A DNA stretch of 64,000 nt from an uncultured Candidatus Saccharibacteria bacterium (GTDB lineage: Bacteria; Patescibacteriota; Minisyncoccia; Phycocordibacterales; UBA9973). Below the pieces are notes generated by a model. That model saw only the letters and a list, made by a program, of their open reading frames with translations, did not search any database and was not told the origin of the DNA. Below, in pieces: positions 26,694 through 36,660 of the stretch. Location of the stretch: positions 71,265 through 135,264 of the forward strand of contig CAZBZO010000001.1 in assembly GCA_964496425.1 (NCBI GenBank). Reading direction: 5' to 3'. The number at the start of each line of letters is the position of its first letter. Position 1 is the stretch's first letter. The position numbers were made by a program, and so were the translations under genes.

Positions 26694-27254
26694 TTATTTC
26701 TTTGCTGATGAGTCTTCTTTCTTAAACGGCATACCGAGAAGTGTGAAAAATTCAAGGGCTTCTTTTTTGCTTTTTGCAGTTGAAACGAGAGTAATAGCGA
26801 AACTAAAGACATCTTTGAGTTCTTCATCTCCTGTTTCTGGGAAGATGGTGTGCTCACGAATCGCGAACGTGACATTACCCATAGAGTCCACGACTCTTCG
26901 TTCAATACCACGGAAGTCTTTGGTGCGAGGGATCGCCACATTGAAAAGCTTGTCGAGAAAGCCGTACATCTGTCCCCCGCGAAGGGTGACAACGACGCCA
27001 ATCGGATCACCTTGGCGAGTCTTGAAGCTTGCAACAGATTTCTTGGCTGAAGTGATTGAAGGTTTTTGACCAGTGATTTTCGCAATACGTCCAACAATAA
27101 AGTCGTTGCGATTTTTGTCGCGCTTGATGCCTGAGCCCGTACCTGAGGAAATAACAACCTTGGTGAGCCGTGGGGCCGCCATTTTGTTTTTGTAGCCAAA
27201 GCTACCTTTCATGGTCTCAAACGAACTTTGTTCTTTTTCTTTTACTGATTTCAT
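26694..27254 (-). CDS. rplE: 50S ribosomal protein L5
   Basis: ITGQKP, GVVVTLRG, PRTKDFRG. Confidence 0.97.
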   Translation of the reverse strand: MKSVKEKEQSSFETMKGSFGYKNKMAAPRLTKVVISSGTGSGIKRDKNRNDFIVGRIAKITGQKPSITSAKKSVASFKTRQGDPIGVVVTLRGGQMYGFLDKLFNVAIPRTKDFRGIERRVVDSMGNVTFAIREHTIFPETGDEELKDVFSFAITLVSTAKSKKEALEFFTLLGMPFKKEDSSAKK

Positions 27255-27275
27255 AAATAAGTTGGGAATTATAAA

Positions 27276-27581
27276 CTAAATTTCTTGCTGGCTCTTTTTA
27301 CTGACACGGACAGATTTTCCTCCAACGAGCTTCTTGCCGCTGCGTGTCGCCTTTCCGCTTTTCGGATCGACGAGCATCACATTTGAGGCATGCATGGAGT
27401 TTGGAAATTCTACTACCTGGCCCTTGGCATCACTGCGTCGAGCTTTCTGATGGCGCTTGCGCATATTGAGCCCTTCGACAAGTACTCGGTTTTTCTCACG
27501 TAATACTTGAAGGATCGTGCCTTTCTTGCCCTTTTCCTTTCCGGCAATCACTATGATATTGTCTCCTTTTTTGAGTTTCAT
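27276..27581 (-). CDS. rplX: 50S ribosomal protein L24
   Basis: KOW motif KKGDNIIVIAGKEKGKKG, HASNV. Confidence 0.96.
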   Translation of the reverse strand: MKLKKGDNIIVIAGKEKGKKGTILQVLREKNRVLVEGLNMRKRHQKARRSDAKGQVVEFPNSMHASNVMLVDPKSGKATRSGKKLVGGKSVRVSKKSQQEI

Positions 27582-27588
27582 AAAAATT

Positions 27589-27960
27589 TTAGAGCACTTC
27601 CGGTGCAAGGGAAATAATTTTCTGATAACCACGTTCGCCAACTTCACGAGGGATCGGACCGAAGATACGTCCAGCTTTTGGCTCACCTTTGTCTTTTTCT
27701 AAAATCACGACTGCATTGTCATCAAAACGAATATATGAGCCGTCTTTGCGGCGGAACGCCTCACGCTGGCGCACCACGACCGCTTGATGGACATCCTTTT
27801 TCTTCACACCCTTACGAGGCTCAGCCACCTTGATGGAAATAATAACAAGATCGCCTATCTCAGCATAGCGGCGCTTGGATCCTCCAAGTACTTTGAAGAC
27901 TTTGCCGATTTTTCCGCCGGCATTGTCTGTGATTTTTACTACTGTTCCATCTTGTATCAT
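27589..27960 (-). CDS. rplN: 50S ribosomal protein L14
   Basis: MIQ..DNAG, DGSYIRFDDNA, SLAPEVL. Confidence 0.97.
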   Translation of the reverse strand: MIQDGTVVKITDNAGGKIGKVFKVLGGSKRRYAEIGDLVIISIKVAEPRKGVKKKDVHQAVVVRQREAFRRKDGSYIRFDDNAVVILEKDKGEPKAGRIFGPIPREVGERGYQKIISLAPEVL

Positions 27961-28002
27961 AAATTTGGTTTAAACTAATTAAGTGACGTGTGATCTATTT
28001 TT

Positions 28003-28257
28003 CTATGCCCTCTCCACAACCGTGTGGTGTTTATCTTTTGAAATCGGACGTGTCTCCACTATTTCGACACGATCTCCTGTTTTATATGTTCCTGCTTCAT
28101 CGTGCACTTTATACTTCTTAGTCAGCTTCACATATTTTTTATATTTTGGATGCTTGACGAAGCGAGTAACCGCAACAACAATCGTCTTTTGCATTTTGTC
28201 CGATACCACGATACCGGCGACTCCTTTCTTTGATTTTTGTTTTTTTGATTCTTCCAT
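28003..28257 (-). CDS. rpsQ: 30S ribosomal protein S17
   Basis: [24 protein letters not shown]. Confidence 0.97.
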   Translation of the reverse strand: MEESKKQKSKKGVAGIVVSDKMQKTIVVAVTRFVKHPKYKKYVKLTKKYKVHDEAGTYKTGDRVEIVETRPISKDKHHTVVERA

Positions 28258-28261
28258 ATTT

Positions 28262-28453
28262 TTATTTATTCTTATTCAAACGCTTGGCAGTGAGTATGCG
28301 AGCAATATCTTTGCGAAGCTTGGCATCGTGCTTCACGTCCTTCGGTCGGCTACCTGCCATCGCAAAGCGACTTTTCTGCAGACTTCCCGCGACCCCGGCG
28401 AGCTCTTTGTCGAGTTCAGACATGCTCATTTCATTGTATTTTTTGGTCTTCAT
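28262..28453 (-). CDS. rpmC: 50S ribosomal protein L29
   Basis: [10 protein letters not shown]; lies between rplP and rpsQ. Confidence 0.92.
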   Translation of the reverse strand: MKTKKYNEMSMSELDKELAGVAGSLQKSRFAMAGSRPKDVKHDAKLRKDIARILTAKRLNKNK

Positions 28454-28459
28454 ATAATT

Positions 28460-28876
28460 TCAACGTCCCACAACGCGGGTTTTAATCGGAAGCTTCGTCC
28501 CTGCCTTGCGAAGTGATTCGCGAGCAGTTACTTCTGGAATACCATCTACTTCAAAAATAATACGGCCTGGGCGAACCTCAAACGAATAGCCTTGCGGATC
28601 TCCTTTTCCTTTTCCCATACCAAGCTCTGGTGGTTTTGCAGTATATGGTCGATCTGGAAAGACGCGTGTCCAGACTTTACCGACTTTGGTGAGTGATCGT
28701 GCCATCGCTTTTCGCGCAGCTTCGAGCTGATTTGATTGGACGCGGCCTGAAGTCACTGCCTTAAGGCCAAAAGATCCAAACGCAAGCGTAATGCCGCGAG
28801 TATCAGGGGAAAGATTTTCCATATCTTTGCGATCTTTCTGCCATTTGCGATATTTAACTTTCTTTGGAATAAGCAT
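28460..28876 (-). CDS. rplP: 50S ribosomal protein L16
   Basis: PKKVKYRK, QLEAAR, MGKGKG. Confidence 0.97.
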   Translation of the reverse strand: MLIPKKVKYRKWQKDRKDMENLSPDTRGITLAFGSFGLKAVTSGRVQSNQLEAARKAMARSLTKVGKVWTRVFPDRPYTAKPPELGMGKGKGDPQGYSFEVRPGRIIFEVDGIPEVTARESLRKAGTKLPIKTRVVGR

Positions 28877-28881
28877 AAAAA

Positions 28882-29547
28882 TTATTTTTTCTTATCGGAA
28901 AAGATTTCTCCGCGATAAATCCAGACCTTGATACCAATATCTCCGTAGGGCAAATGCGCTTTTTCGCGTGTAAAATCGATGTCTGCACGAAATGTCTGAA
29001 GCGGAATAGACCCACGTTTGATTTCTTCTGAGCGGGCGATTTCAGCACCACCCAAACGTCCCCCAAGTACGATACGCGCTCCTTCAACACCACGCACTGC
29101 CATGACCTTTTCAATGGTTGATTTTAAAACACGGCGAAACGGCAAACGCTTTTCAAGTCCTTCGGCAACCAAATACGCCACAATGTGCGAATCTGCTTCC
29201 GGTGAAAGGATTTCTACGATATCGATTTTCAAATCTTCGGGCACCACAAGCTTTGACTTCTGCATGAATTTTACGAGATCAGCCTTGAGCTTGATTGAGC
29301 CTTCGCCTGAGCGGCCGATAATCATACCAGGGCGAGAGGTGCGCAAAATGATGCGAGTTGTTTTTTGACTGCGTTCAACTTCGATGTTGGCAACATAGAA
29401 ACCTTTCAAACGCTTTTCAAGGAACTCACGAACGAGCACATCTTCACGCAAAAATCCCTTGTACTTTTTCGGTACAGCAAACCAGCGAGATTTCCAATCC
29501 CGGAGAATGACAAGGCGATGTGCGTATGGATGAACTACTTTTGACAT
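28882..29547 (-). CDS. rpsC: 30S ribosomal protein S3
   Basis: WKSRWF, RPGMIIG, GRLGGAEIARSE, GIKVWIY. Confidence 0.97.
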   Translation of the reverse strand: MSKVVHPYAHRLVILRDWKSRWFAVPKKYKGFLREDVLVREFLEKRLKGFYVANIEVERSQKTTRIILRTSRPGMIIGRSGEGSIKLKADLVKFMQKSKLVVPEDLKIDIVEILSPEADSHIVAYLVAEGLEKRLPFRRVLKSTIEKVMAVRGVEGARIVLGGRLGGAEIARSEEIKRGSIPLQTFRADIDFTREKAHLPYGDIGIKVWIYRGEIFSDKKK

Positions 29548-29551
29548 ATAA

Positions 29552-29950
29552 TTATGATTTCTTAGCTTTTGACTTAGGTTTAGTAACAGAAGCTGGTTTT
29601 TTTGATGCTTTTGGTTTGGCTTCCGGTTTCTCAGCAAGGACGAGGACGACATGGCTTGAGCGCTTATTGATCTTTGATGCTCGGCCAAAGGCGCGCGGCA
29701 TAGAACGCTTCAATACGACTCCTTTGTCGACACGTACTTCTTTGACTATCAAATTTTCTCGTTCAAGACCGAAGTTCGCGACAGCATTCGCACCAGCAGA
29801 AGCAAGGAGTGTTCGGATTGGAAGTGCGCCACGCTTTACCAAAAACGCGAGCTCAGCGTCCGCTTCAGCATAACTTTTACCCTTGATTAAGCTCGCGATC
29901 AAGCGAACCTTGCGGGGAGACTGACGATAGTTTTTAAGTATTGCTTTCAT
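29552..29950 (-). CDS. rplV: 50S ribosomal protein L22
   Basis: SPRKVRLIA, PRAFGRA..KRSSH. Confidence 0.97.
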   Translation of the reverse strand: MKAILKNYRQSPRKVRLIASLIKGKSYAEADAELAFLVKRGALPIRTLLASAGANAVANFGLERENLIVKEVRVDKGVVLKRSMPRAFGRASKINKRSSHVVLVLAEKPEAKPKASKKPASVTKPKSKAKKS

Positions 29951-29953
29951 GGA

Positions 29954-30322
29954 TTATTTTTTAGCGGCGCCTGCTGCAGCCCCTTTACCTGCATCTCCAG
30001 CAGTCTTGGCAGCTTGTGCTTGAGCGATTTCAGCTTCCTTTTTCTTGGTCTCGATTTCTTTTTGCATCTTACCGCCGTGTTTGATGAATTTACGGGTCAA
30101 AGAAAATTCTCCAAGACGATGCCCTACCATGTCTTCGGTCACGAGGACTTCCACATGGATCTTGCCGTTATGCACACCAAAGGTAAATCCCACCATCTCA
30201 GGGGAAATCTGGCTGGCACGCGCCCAGGTCTTAATAATCCCACTTTTCATGGGGTCTTTACCGGCGATCTTTTCGAGCAAACGCTCGTCAACATAAGGTC
30301 CTTTTTTAAGTGATCGGGTCAT
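29954..30322 (-). CDS. rpsS: 30S ribosomal protein S19 with an Ala/Lys-rich C-terminal extension
   Basis: [19 protein letters not shown]. Confidence 0.97.
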   Translation of the reverse strand: MTRSLKKGPYVDERLLEKIAGKDPMKSGIIKTWARASQISPEMVGFTFGVHNGKIHVEVLVTEDMVGHRLGEFSLTRKFIKHGGKMQKEIETKKKEAEIAQAQAAKTAGDAGKGAAAGAAKK

Positions 30323-30390
30323 AATACGAGATACTATTGTAGCGAACAGCAAAAAACTGTTTCGTACCAGTTGCTAGCGATAAATCAAAA

Positions 30391-30443
30391 TAGCTCAGAG
30401 CGAGCCAGTCCCACCATACTAGCAAATAGCCTTAATTTGTCAA
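30391..30443 (-). promoter_or_regulatory. Promoter and 5' hairpin of the rpsS-rplE unit
   Basis: TTGACA-16-TAGTAT, then TGGCTC-GCTCT-GAGCTA-TTTT. Confidence 0.65.
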
Positions 30444-30535
30444 ATTATTCCTCTTTACCCCCAGACCAAACAAGCGAAAAATGAGCTCACGGCGAGATTC
30501 TTCATAGTTACGAGAGAATACCGTATACTGCAGCT

Positions 30536-31354
30536 ATGAATATCGGTATTTTTGATTCTGGTTTGGGCGGGCTCTATACAATGCAGAGTATTGTAAAAAA
30601 AATACCTGAGTACAATTATGTCTATTTGGGTGACACGCTCCATCTCCCCTATGGAGTACGCAGCCATGCCGAAATCTATAGATTCTTGAAAGAAGCGCTA
30701 ATGTATCTCTTCGAACAAGATTGCACACTTATAATCGTGGCCTGCAATACCGCATCAGCGCAAGCTTTGCGACGAGTGCAGAGAGAATTTCTTCCAAAAC
30801 ATTTCCCTGATCGTCGAGTGCTTGGAGTGATTGTGCCAAACATAGAAGAAGCAATGGGTGTTAAACGAGTCGGCATCTTGGCAACAACTGCCACAGTACA
30901 GTCGAAGACATACCCTAAGGAATTTAAAAAATACGCAAAAGATACAAAAATTTTCCAAATCGCTGCGCCGCGCCTGGTACCTATGATCGAAAGTGGGAAG
31001 CTCAGCAAGCTAACACCCGTACTGAAATCTTATCTCACACCACTTCTCGATAAAAACATAGACGCATTAATTCTTGCTTGTACCCACTACCCTATTATCA
31101 AAAAACAGATCCGGGCTATTACTGGCAAGAAAATAAAAGTCATCTGCCAAGACGAATTTATTGCGAAAAAGATACAAAACTACTTGGCACGACACAAAGA
31201 CATACAAAAAAAACTCACGAAGAAAAAAGAGCGGCAGTTTTTCGTAACAAAAAAAACACCATATTTTGAAGGCCTGGCGAAAAAATGGTTTGGGAGGAAT
31301 ATTAGTTTGAAACAAGTGGCTCTACAGCCTTTCAAAAAATCAGACCAGAAATAA
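30536..31354 (+). CDS. murI: Glutamate racemase
   Basis: IGIFDSGLGG, PYG, catalytic VACNTA and LACTHY. Confidence 0.96.
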   Translation: MNIGIFDSGLGGLYTMQSIVKKIPEYNYVYLGDTLHLPYGVRSHAEIYRFLKEALMYLFEQDCTLIIVACNTASAQALRRVQREFLPKHFPDRRVLGVIVPNIEEAMGVKRVGILATTATVQSKTYPKEFKKYAKDTKIFQIAAPRLVPMIESGKLSKLTPVLKSYLTPLLDKNIDALILACTHYPIIKKQIRAITGKKIKVICQDEFIAKKIQNYLARHKDIQKKLTKKKERQFFVTKKTPYFEGLAKKWFGRNISLKQVALQPFKKSDQK

Positions 31355-31357
31355 AAA

Positions 31358-31383
31358 AGCCGTTCCCTTTACAAGGAACGGCT
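31358..31383. terminator. Terminator between the convergent murI and sulfatase genes
   Basis: AGCCGTTCC-8 nt-GGAACGGCT with an A6 flank. Confidence 0.7.
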
Positions 31384-31401
31384 GGAAATTCATGAGAGCT
31401 T

Positions 31402-33555
31402 TTATTGCTTCATAAACTTAACTGTTTGTGGCCCAGACGAATTCTGTGTTCTTATAAAATATAACCCAGCAGGCCAATTTGAAACATCTGCCTGAGATGC
31501 CTCCGTAACAGCATTGTATCTACCGTCGGAAGAAAAAATAATACTCTCTCCTTTGGCACCAACAATTGTTAGCTGTCCGTCAGTTGGGTTTGGATATACA
31601 ACAATTCCATCTGTTTCAGGACAAATCATCTCACTCTCCAGCCTTGGAGCATCAGTGATTAAAGAACAAGGAAGAATGGTCTCAATAAATGTATCTCCAT
31701 AGAGATGGGCAAAATATAAATTTTTTTGCCGAAATTCCTGAATGAGATCCTGATAGGTAGTGTCGTTCACCAAATTCGTCAATTCATGAGGATCATTGAC
31801 CAGATCGAAAAATTCCTCCGTAACATTGGTACAAAAATATTTTATATATTTATAGTCCTTCGTAACAAGATACTGAATCTTGGGCAGATTCTGTAGGTTA
31901 TTCTCGGTAGTATAGTGAGTCCCTCCCCACAGCGTATCTCTAACAGCTACACTATTGATATTTTTTAAACTCTTCCCATGTCCAAAACTATTGGATATGT
32001 TCAGTATATCTAAAATCGTAGCAGCAATATCCACATTCTCTGTGAGGCTACTCACAACAGTACCAGCTGGATACAAACTTGGATAACGTATGACACAGAA
32101 AGTCTTCGTCGACGCATCATACCCTAGGCGCTTCCCTTCATAACCATACTCTCCCAGCATGTAACCATTGTCATCCATCACAATAAGAATCGTATTGTCG
32201 AGTTTACCCGTATTTTCAAGTACTTGATATATCGATCCAACGACATCATCCAGCTCTTTAACTTCCTCAAGATAGTTTCGGTAGGTATCTTTTAATTCCT
32301 CGCCAGAAATATAATACTGCCCTGGTAATGTATATAGGAATGATGGATAATCTACCATCTTTCGTGCCATTTCTGGTCCAAAAATTATCTCCAAAGAGTC
32401 ATACAGGCCTTGATATGGGTCATCTGCGGTAAAGGGAGAGTGCGGATCCCTAAATGAAACAGCCCCGAAAAATGGTCCTGTTGCATTTTGTATCCATTCC
32501 ACTGCCTTGTCGCGCGCAACAATACAGTTCTTTGCGTAGTCTGTCTTTTTGCTCTTCGCTCCGTTGAGAGACCAGCCATACTGGTTGTTAACGCTTTCAT
32601 AACTCTTCGTATAATATTTGAGAAGAGTATCTACTACGGCTTGGTTCTTTCCAATAAACCATCGATCGCTATATACAGACTTTAATTGATCCAAGAAAAT
32701 TGGAAACCGACTTGTATCGATACTCCCACTACTGTTGTCCCTAATGTTGTGATCGTAGACGCCAGTATATAAAGCCGCCCGACTTGGAGCGCAAAGCGAA
32801 TGAGCAATATAGTGTTTTTTTAAATACATTCCTTCGCTCGCAATTTGGTCCATATAGGGGGTTTCGATTGGTCCGCCAGAGAAACTAAAAGAGTTACCCT
32901 TAGCATCGTCTAAGATAATGATTAGAACGTTCGGTGTTGTGATTGTGTTCCCGAGAGTACTGAAATATTGGAGTGTTGACCAACTTTCAGTAGCACAGAT
33001 GCTGACCTGGTACTCGTAGTTTGAACCTGGAATTAAGTCCAGAAGATACGCGGGCGATACTGAAACAGTCGTAGTGAGCCATGTTGGTTCACCGACTTTT
33101 CTATACCTGACAGTTGCATTTGGAAGGCTACAAGCTTCAACGGTCCAGCTCACAGTAGTTGTGGTTGGTGAAGTGACAGTACTGGAAATGTTGTTTACAA
33201 CAGCACAAGTAAGCGTTGTTTGATTTGTAGAACTAAATTCGCCGGCATTGCTATTGTCACATGCTCCCAACACACGAATGTTGTAGGTGGTATTCGCTAC
33301 TAAGCCTGTTAATACATAATTGATAGTGGTAACACCTTTAATCGTGATCCAATTCGGATCAACTGATCTTTTATAGCGAACCCAATAACTACTGGCTCCT
33401 TGGGCAGGAGACCAGCTTAAATTGAAACTACAAGTGGTAGGTGTTGCACTTAAATTACCCGGCGCTTGTGCTGGACAAATTTTTAAGTTGCTGGCATCAA
33501 CTGGATTCAATTGACCAATCCAGATAATCGCAAAAAAAAGAAGAAACGTTTTCAT
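31402..33555 (-). CDS. Secreted Cys-type sulfatase with two FN3 domains and a T9SS type-A C-terminal sorting domain
   Basis: Signal peptide; FN3 (LSW..A..Y.VRY..L.GL..NTTY); PNVLIIILDD, CAPSRAALYTG, DPHSP, DDNG, DLVNDPHELTNL; CTD VYPNPT...DVSNWPAGLYFIR...KFMKQ. Confidence 0.9.
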   Translation of the reverse strand: MKTFLLFFAIIWIGQLNPVDASNLKICPAQAPGNLSATPTTCSFNLSWSPAQGASSYWVRYKRSVDPNWITIKGVTTINYVLTGLVANTTYNIRVLGACDNSNAGEFSSTNQTTLTCAVVNNISSTVTSPTTTTVSWTVEACSLPNATVRYRKVGEPTWLTTTVSVSPAYLLDLIPGSNYEYQVSICATESWSTLQYFSTLGNTITTPNVLIIILDDAKGNSFSFSGGPIETPYMDQIASEGMYLKKHYIAHSLCAPSRAALYTGVYDHNIRDNSSGSIDTSRFPIFLDQLKSVYSDRWFIGKNQAVVDTLLKYYTKSYESVNNQYGWSLNGAKSKKTDYAKNCIVARDKAVEWIQNATGPFFGAVSFRDPHSPFTADDPYQGLYDSLEIIFGPEMARKMVDYPSFLYTLPGQYYISGEELKDTYRNYLEEVKELDDVVGSIYQVLENTGKLDNTILIVMDDNGYMLGEYGYEGKRLGYDASTKTFCVIRYPSLYPAGTVVSSLTENVDIAATILDILNISNSFGHGKSLKNINSVAVRDTLWGGTHYTTENNLQNLPKIQYLVTKDYKYIKYFCTNVTEEFFDLVNDPHELTNLVNDTTYQDLIQEFRQKNLYFAHLYGDTFIETILPCSLITDAPRLESEMICPETDGIVVYPNPTDGQLTIVGAKGESIIFSSDGRYNAVTEASQADVSNWPAGLYFIRTQNSSGPQTVKFMKQ

Positions 33556-33699
33556 GGTAGAAAGGGTTTAGGGTGAAATGAAATTAAGTTGTGAAAGATT
33601 TTGTTGTTATAAAATTACCACACATTTTTCTTTTATACTAGTCAAATAAGAGCAAAAAGCACGACTTTTGTCGTTCTTTTTGAAATAAAATTTTAAGAG

Positions 33700-34200
33700 C
33701 TAGGGAGTTTGAATATCGCTCGATGTTTCTTCTGGTGGAAGTTCTTCTGGAGATGGCTCAGGAGGAGTGACTATTGGTGCTGGTGTAGGGCTCGGAGATT
33801 CTTTAGTAACTGGCGCAACATTGATTATCTTATGCTCACTCGGACGATAGAGTATCGCCAACGCATCATAGATAAGGACTTGATCGCCATTTCGAGCTTT
33901 ATCAAAAAAAGGCTGGCTTGCTTTCAAACTATCTACATCAGCAACTGTAGCGATCTGCGGCGCGCCAGTGGGAAGCTCAAATATTTTACCTACATCTTGA
34001 ATAATCTTATTCGTTTGCTTCTCCAACATCTTCTGCTGATATACTGGGTTTTTGATCAAGTAGAGCTGATACGTAGAATAGGCAGCAACAACAGCAATTG
34101 CAACAACAAAAATGATCACAATAATCGTGAGAATTTTTTTCTTTAACGGACTCATTTTTATAGGAACCCTCTCCTTCTTAGTACGTGCTTGATCTTCCAT
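33700..34200 (-). CDS. Single-TM hypothetical protein with a Pro/Glu-rich tail
   Basis: N-terminal TM; PQIATVADVDSLKASQPFFDKARNGDQVLIY..AILYRP resembles a family I associate with CPR. Confidence 0.7.
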   Translation of the reverse strand: MEDQARTKKERVPIKMSPLKKKILTIIVIIFVVAIAVVAAYSTYQLYLIKNPVYQQKMLEKQTNKIIQDVGKIFELPTGAPQIATVADVDSLKASQPFFDKARNGDQVLIYDALAILYRPSEHKIINVAPVTKESPSPTPAPIVTPPEPSPEELPPEETSSDIQTP

Positions 34201-34350
34201 GTTTTAAACTCCTAAATAAATAATAATCATGCGCATTTCGTAGAATATCGAACGAGTCAGATGGCATTCAGTGCCTTCGTGGTAGTAAAAGTATACAAAA
34301 TTAGGCTTTAAAAAACTATTTATATGATGAATAAACTGTGGATAAAATTA

Positions 34351-34737
34351 TTAAAAAATAAGCAAAAACTTCGGTAGAAAAATAATAAGCCCAACAACGA
34401 GAGCCGTAAGCGCCGCAATGAGCACTGCCCCCGCGGCCACATCCTTCGTGTCGCGCGCATAGGGATGATAGTCGGGACTCGTAAGGTCTATGTCTATTTC
34501 CATAGCCGTATTGAAGGCTTCAGCAGCAAACACAAACCCTATGGAAAGTACAAGCGCCAGCCACTCTGGGGTTGTGACGCAAAAATAGCATCCAAGTATC
34601 AGAGCAAATCCTGCAAGCACGATATGGATCCACGCATTATGTGTTGTCTTAATGAGGATACCGATTCCACGGCACGCATGTGTGAAACTTTTCGCCCGCG
34701 CAACCAAGCTAAACGCTTTTTGCTCCTTTGTAGTCAT
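34351..34737 (-). CDS. dgkA: Diacylglycerol/undecaprenol kinase (DgkA family)
   Basis: SFTHACRGI, AEAFNTAME..D, KDVAAGAVL. Confidence 0.9.
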   Translation of the reverse strand: MTTKEQKAFSLVARAKSFTHACRGIGILIKTTHNAWIHIVLAGFALILGCYFCVTTPEWLALVLSIGFVFAAEAFNTAMEIDIDLTSPDYHPYARDTKDVAAGAVLIAALTALVVGLIIFLPKFLLIF

Positions 34738-34807
34738 GTATTAATCATATCGCATTTGCACCAAATAAAAAGCCGCCCGAATAGTTAGAGTCAATATGCT
34801 CCATATT

Positions 34808-34837
34808 AAAACACCCTCGTAAATCGAGGGTGTTTTA
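34808..34837 (-). terminator. Terminator after rplB
   Basis: AAAACACCCTCG-ATTTA-CGAGGGTGTTTT. Confidence 0.8.
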
Positions 34838-34843
34838 TGTAGG

Positions 34844-35692
34844 TTATCCTTGTTTTCGTTTCTTGCCAGTAACACGGCGTGAGACGATGAATGGATTTGA
34901 ATATTTCTTTGGTTTGCGCGACTTCCGTCCGCCGGTGACCTTACCCCAGAGGGTCTTCGGTCGGCGCGTACCGCGTCCTTGGCGTCCTTCGCCGCCGCCG
35001 TATGGGTGATCCACTGGATTCATAGCGCTTCCACGCACGGTGGGCCTGATACCCATCCAACGTGAACGTCCAGCTTTACCGAAATTTACGAGATGCCATT
35101 CGTCGTTAGACACTTCACCGATTGTTGCCCATGAAAGCTCTGAGACTTTGCGGATTTCGGTCGATGGCATTTTGAGACTTGTTGTACCGTCAGCATTGGC
35201 GACGATTTGAGCGAAAATACCAGCTGAGCGAGCGATTTTGGCACCACCACCTGGCTTGAGCTCGACATTGTATACAAAAGTTCCGACAGGAATAAATTTG
35301 AGCGGCAAGCGATTGGCAGGAGTAAGGGGAGCTTTTTCAGAAACGATAAACGTGTCACCGACTTTGGCAGTCTTTGGAGCGATCACATAGCGCTTTTCAC
35401 CGTCCGCATAGTTGGCGAGAGCTATAAATGCTGTACGATTTGGATCATATTCGATACTAGCGATTTTCGCTGGAATATTTTTTTTATCATAGACAAAATC
35501 CACATCACGATAGAGCCGTTTGTTGCCGCCTCCTTTGTGACGAGTCGTAATACGGCCCACATTGTTGCGGCCCACTGAGCGCTTGACGCCGTGAACGAGC
35601 GACTTCGTCTTGGTATGGCCGGAGAGTTTCTCCTTGTAGTTGATGGTAACCATGCCGCGTCGTGATGGAGTTGTAGGATTGTAAGTTTTCAT
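34844..35692 (-). CDS. rplB: 50S ribosomal protein L2
   Basis: EYDPNR, RGSAMNPVDHPYGGGEG. Confidence 0.98.
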   Translation of the reverse strand: MKTYNPTTPSRRGMVTINYKEKLSGHTKTKSLVHGVKRSVGRNNVGRITTRHKGGGNKRLYRDVDFVYDKKNIPAKIASIEYDPNRTAFIALANYADGEKRYVIAPKTAKVGDTFIVSEKAPLTPANRLPLKFIPVGTFVYNVELKPGGGAKIARSAGIFAQIVANADGTTSLKMPSTEIRKVSELSWATIGEVSNDEWHLVNFGKAGRSRWMGIRPTVRGSAMNPVDHPYGGGEGRQGRGTRRPKTLWGKVTGGRKSRKPKKYSNPFIVSRRVTGKKRKQG

Positions 35693-35713
35693 GAAAATTA
35701 AGTATTACGTATT

Positions 35714-35989
35714 TTAAATAAGGTCTATTTTATCTCCTTTCTTTAAGTACACGAGCGCTTTTTTGCCTCCGGCTTGCACGCCGCGCTTGCCACGAACAAA
35801 CACATGATCAGCTCGAGACACCACCACGCTGACTTTCTTTGGTTTGATTTTATAAAGTGCAAAAATAGCTTTCGCTACTTCCTGTTTGTTGGTGCGAGGA
35901 GAAATATCAAAGGTATAGACACCGCCTTCTGCTACAATCGAAGCTTTTTCAGTGATTCTTGGATTTTTAAGTATTGCGCCGGTATTCAT
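35714..35989 (-). CDS. rplW: 50S ribosomal protein L23
   Basis: PRITEKA, KKALVYL. Confidence 0.95.
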   Translation of the reverse strand: MNTGAILKNPRITEKASIVAEGGVYTFDISPRTNKQEVAKAIFALYKIKPKKVSVVVSRADHVFVRGKRGVQAGGKKALVYLKKGDKIDLI

Positions 35990-35990
35990 A

Positions 35991-36656
35991 TTATTTTTTT
36001 ATTTTACTCGTAAGGAATTTAATACTCTCTTCAGGATTTTCAAGTACTAAGTACGGGTATGACATCACGTCGACAACATTCAAATTGTTAACGGTATCGA
36101 TCGAGACAGCCGGGAGATTACGGAAACTTTTCATTGTCGCAGGATCTTTTTTTGAAAGCGCGACATGTGTTGTTTTACTTTTCACACGAGCAAGTTTTGC
36201 AAATCCTTCTATTCCCGCAAAGGTCGAAAGTACTGACGCAGCATCTTTGGTCTTCATTGCACCGAGTTCTAAAGAATCAATAAACAAAATATGACCATCT
36301 TTATACTTGCGTGAAAGCGCCGTATAGAGTGCCTTGATGCGCATTTTCTTGTTGATTTTTTTGTCGTAGTTTTTTTCTGCGAGTGGACCATGGGTAATAC
36401 CGCCGCCTTTCCAGATCGGAGAACGTGTTGATCCATGACGAGCCTGACCGGTACCTTTTTGTTTCCATGGCTTTCGGCCACCTCCACGCACTTCCCCGCG
36501 TCCTTTGGTATCAGCGGTACCTGCACGCTTGTTGCTCTGCATAGCAGTGACGACTTGGTGCACAAGATCAGCATTCCATTTCAAGCCAAAAATTTCTTCT
36601 GGGAGCGAGACCATGCCTTTTGATTTTCCTTTTTGATTGTAGAGTGTTGTTTCCAT
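35991..36656 (-). CDS. rplD: 50S ribosomal protein L4
   Basis: EVRGGGRKPWKQKGTGQARHGS. Confidence 0.97.
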   Translation of the reverse strand: METTLYNQKGKSKGMVSLPEEIFGLKWNADLVHQVVTAMQSNKRAGTADTKGRGEVRGGGRKPWKQKGTGQARHGSTRSPIWKGGGITHGPLAEKNYDKKINKKMRIKALYTALSRKYKDGHILFIDSLELGAMKTKDAASVLSTFAGIEGFAKLARVKSKTTHVALSKKDPATMKSFRNLPAVSIDTVNNLNVVDVMSYPYLVLENPEESIKFLTSKIKK

Positions 36657-36660
36657 ATGA

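Noticed and set aside
28460-28462. Genetic code 25 (UGA=Gly)
   Set aside because: TGA ends rplP at the expected position, and core genes are intact under code 11
34337-34345. DnaA box TTATCCACA (and a near-match at 56458-56466) as oriC
   Set aside because: Isolated single boxes with no cluster, no dnaA/dnaN and no DUE
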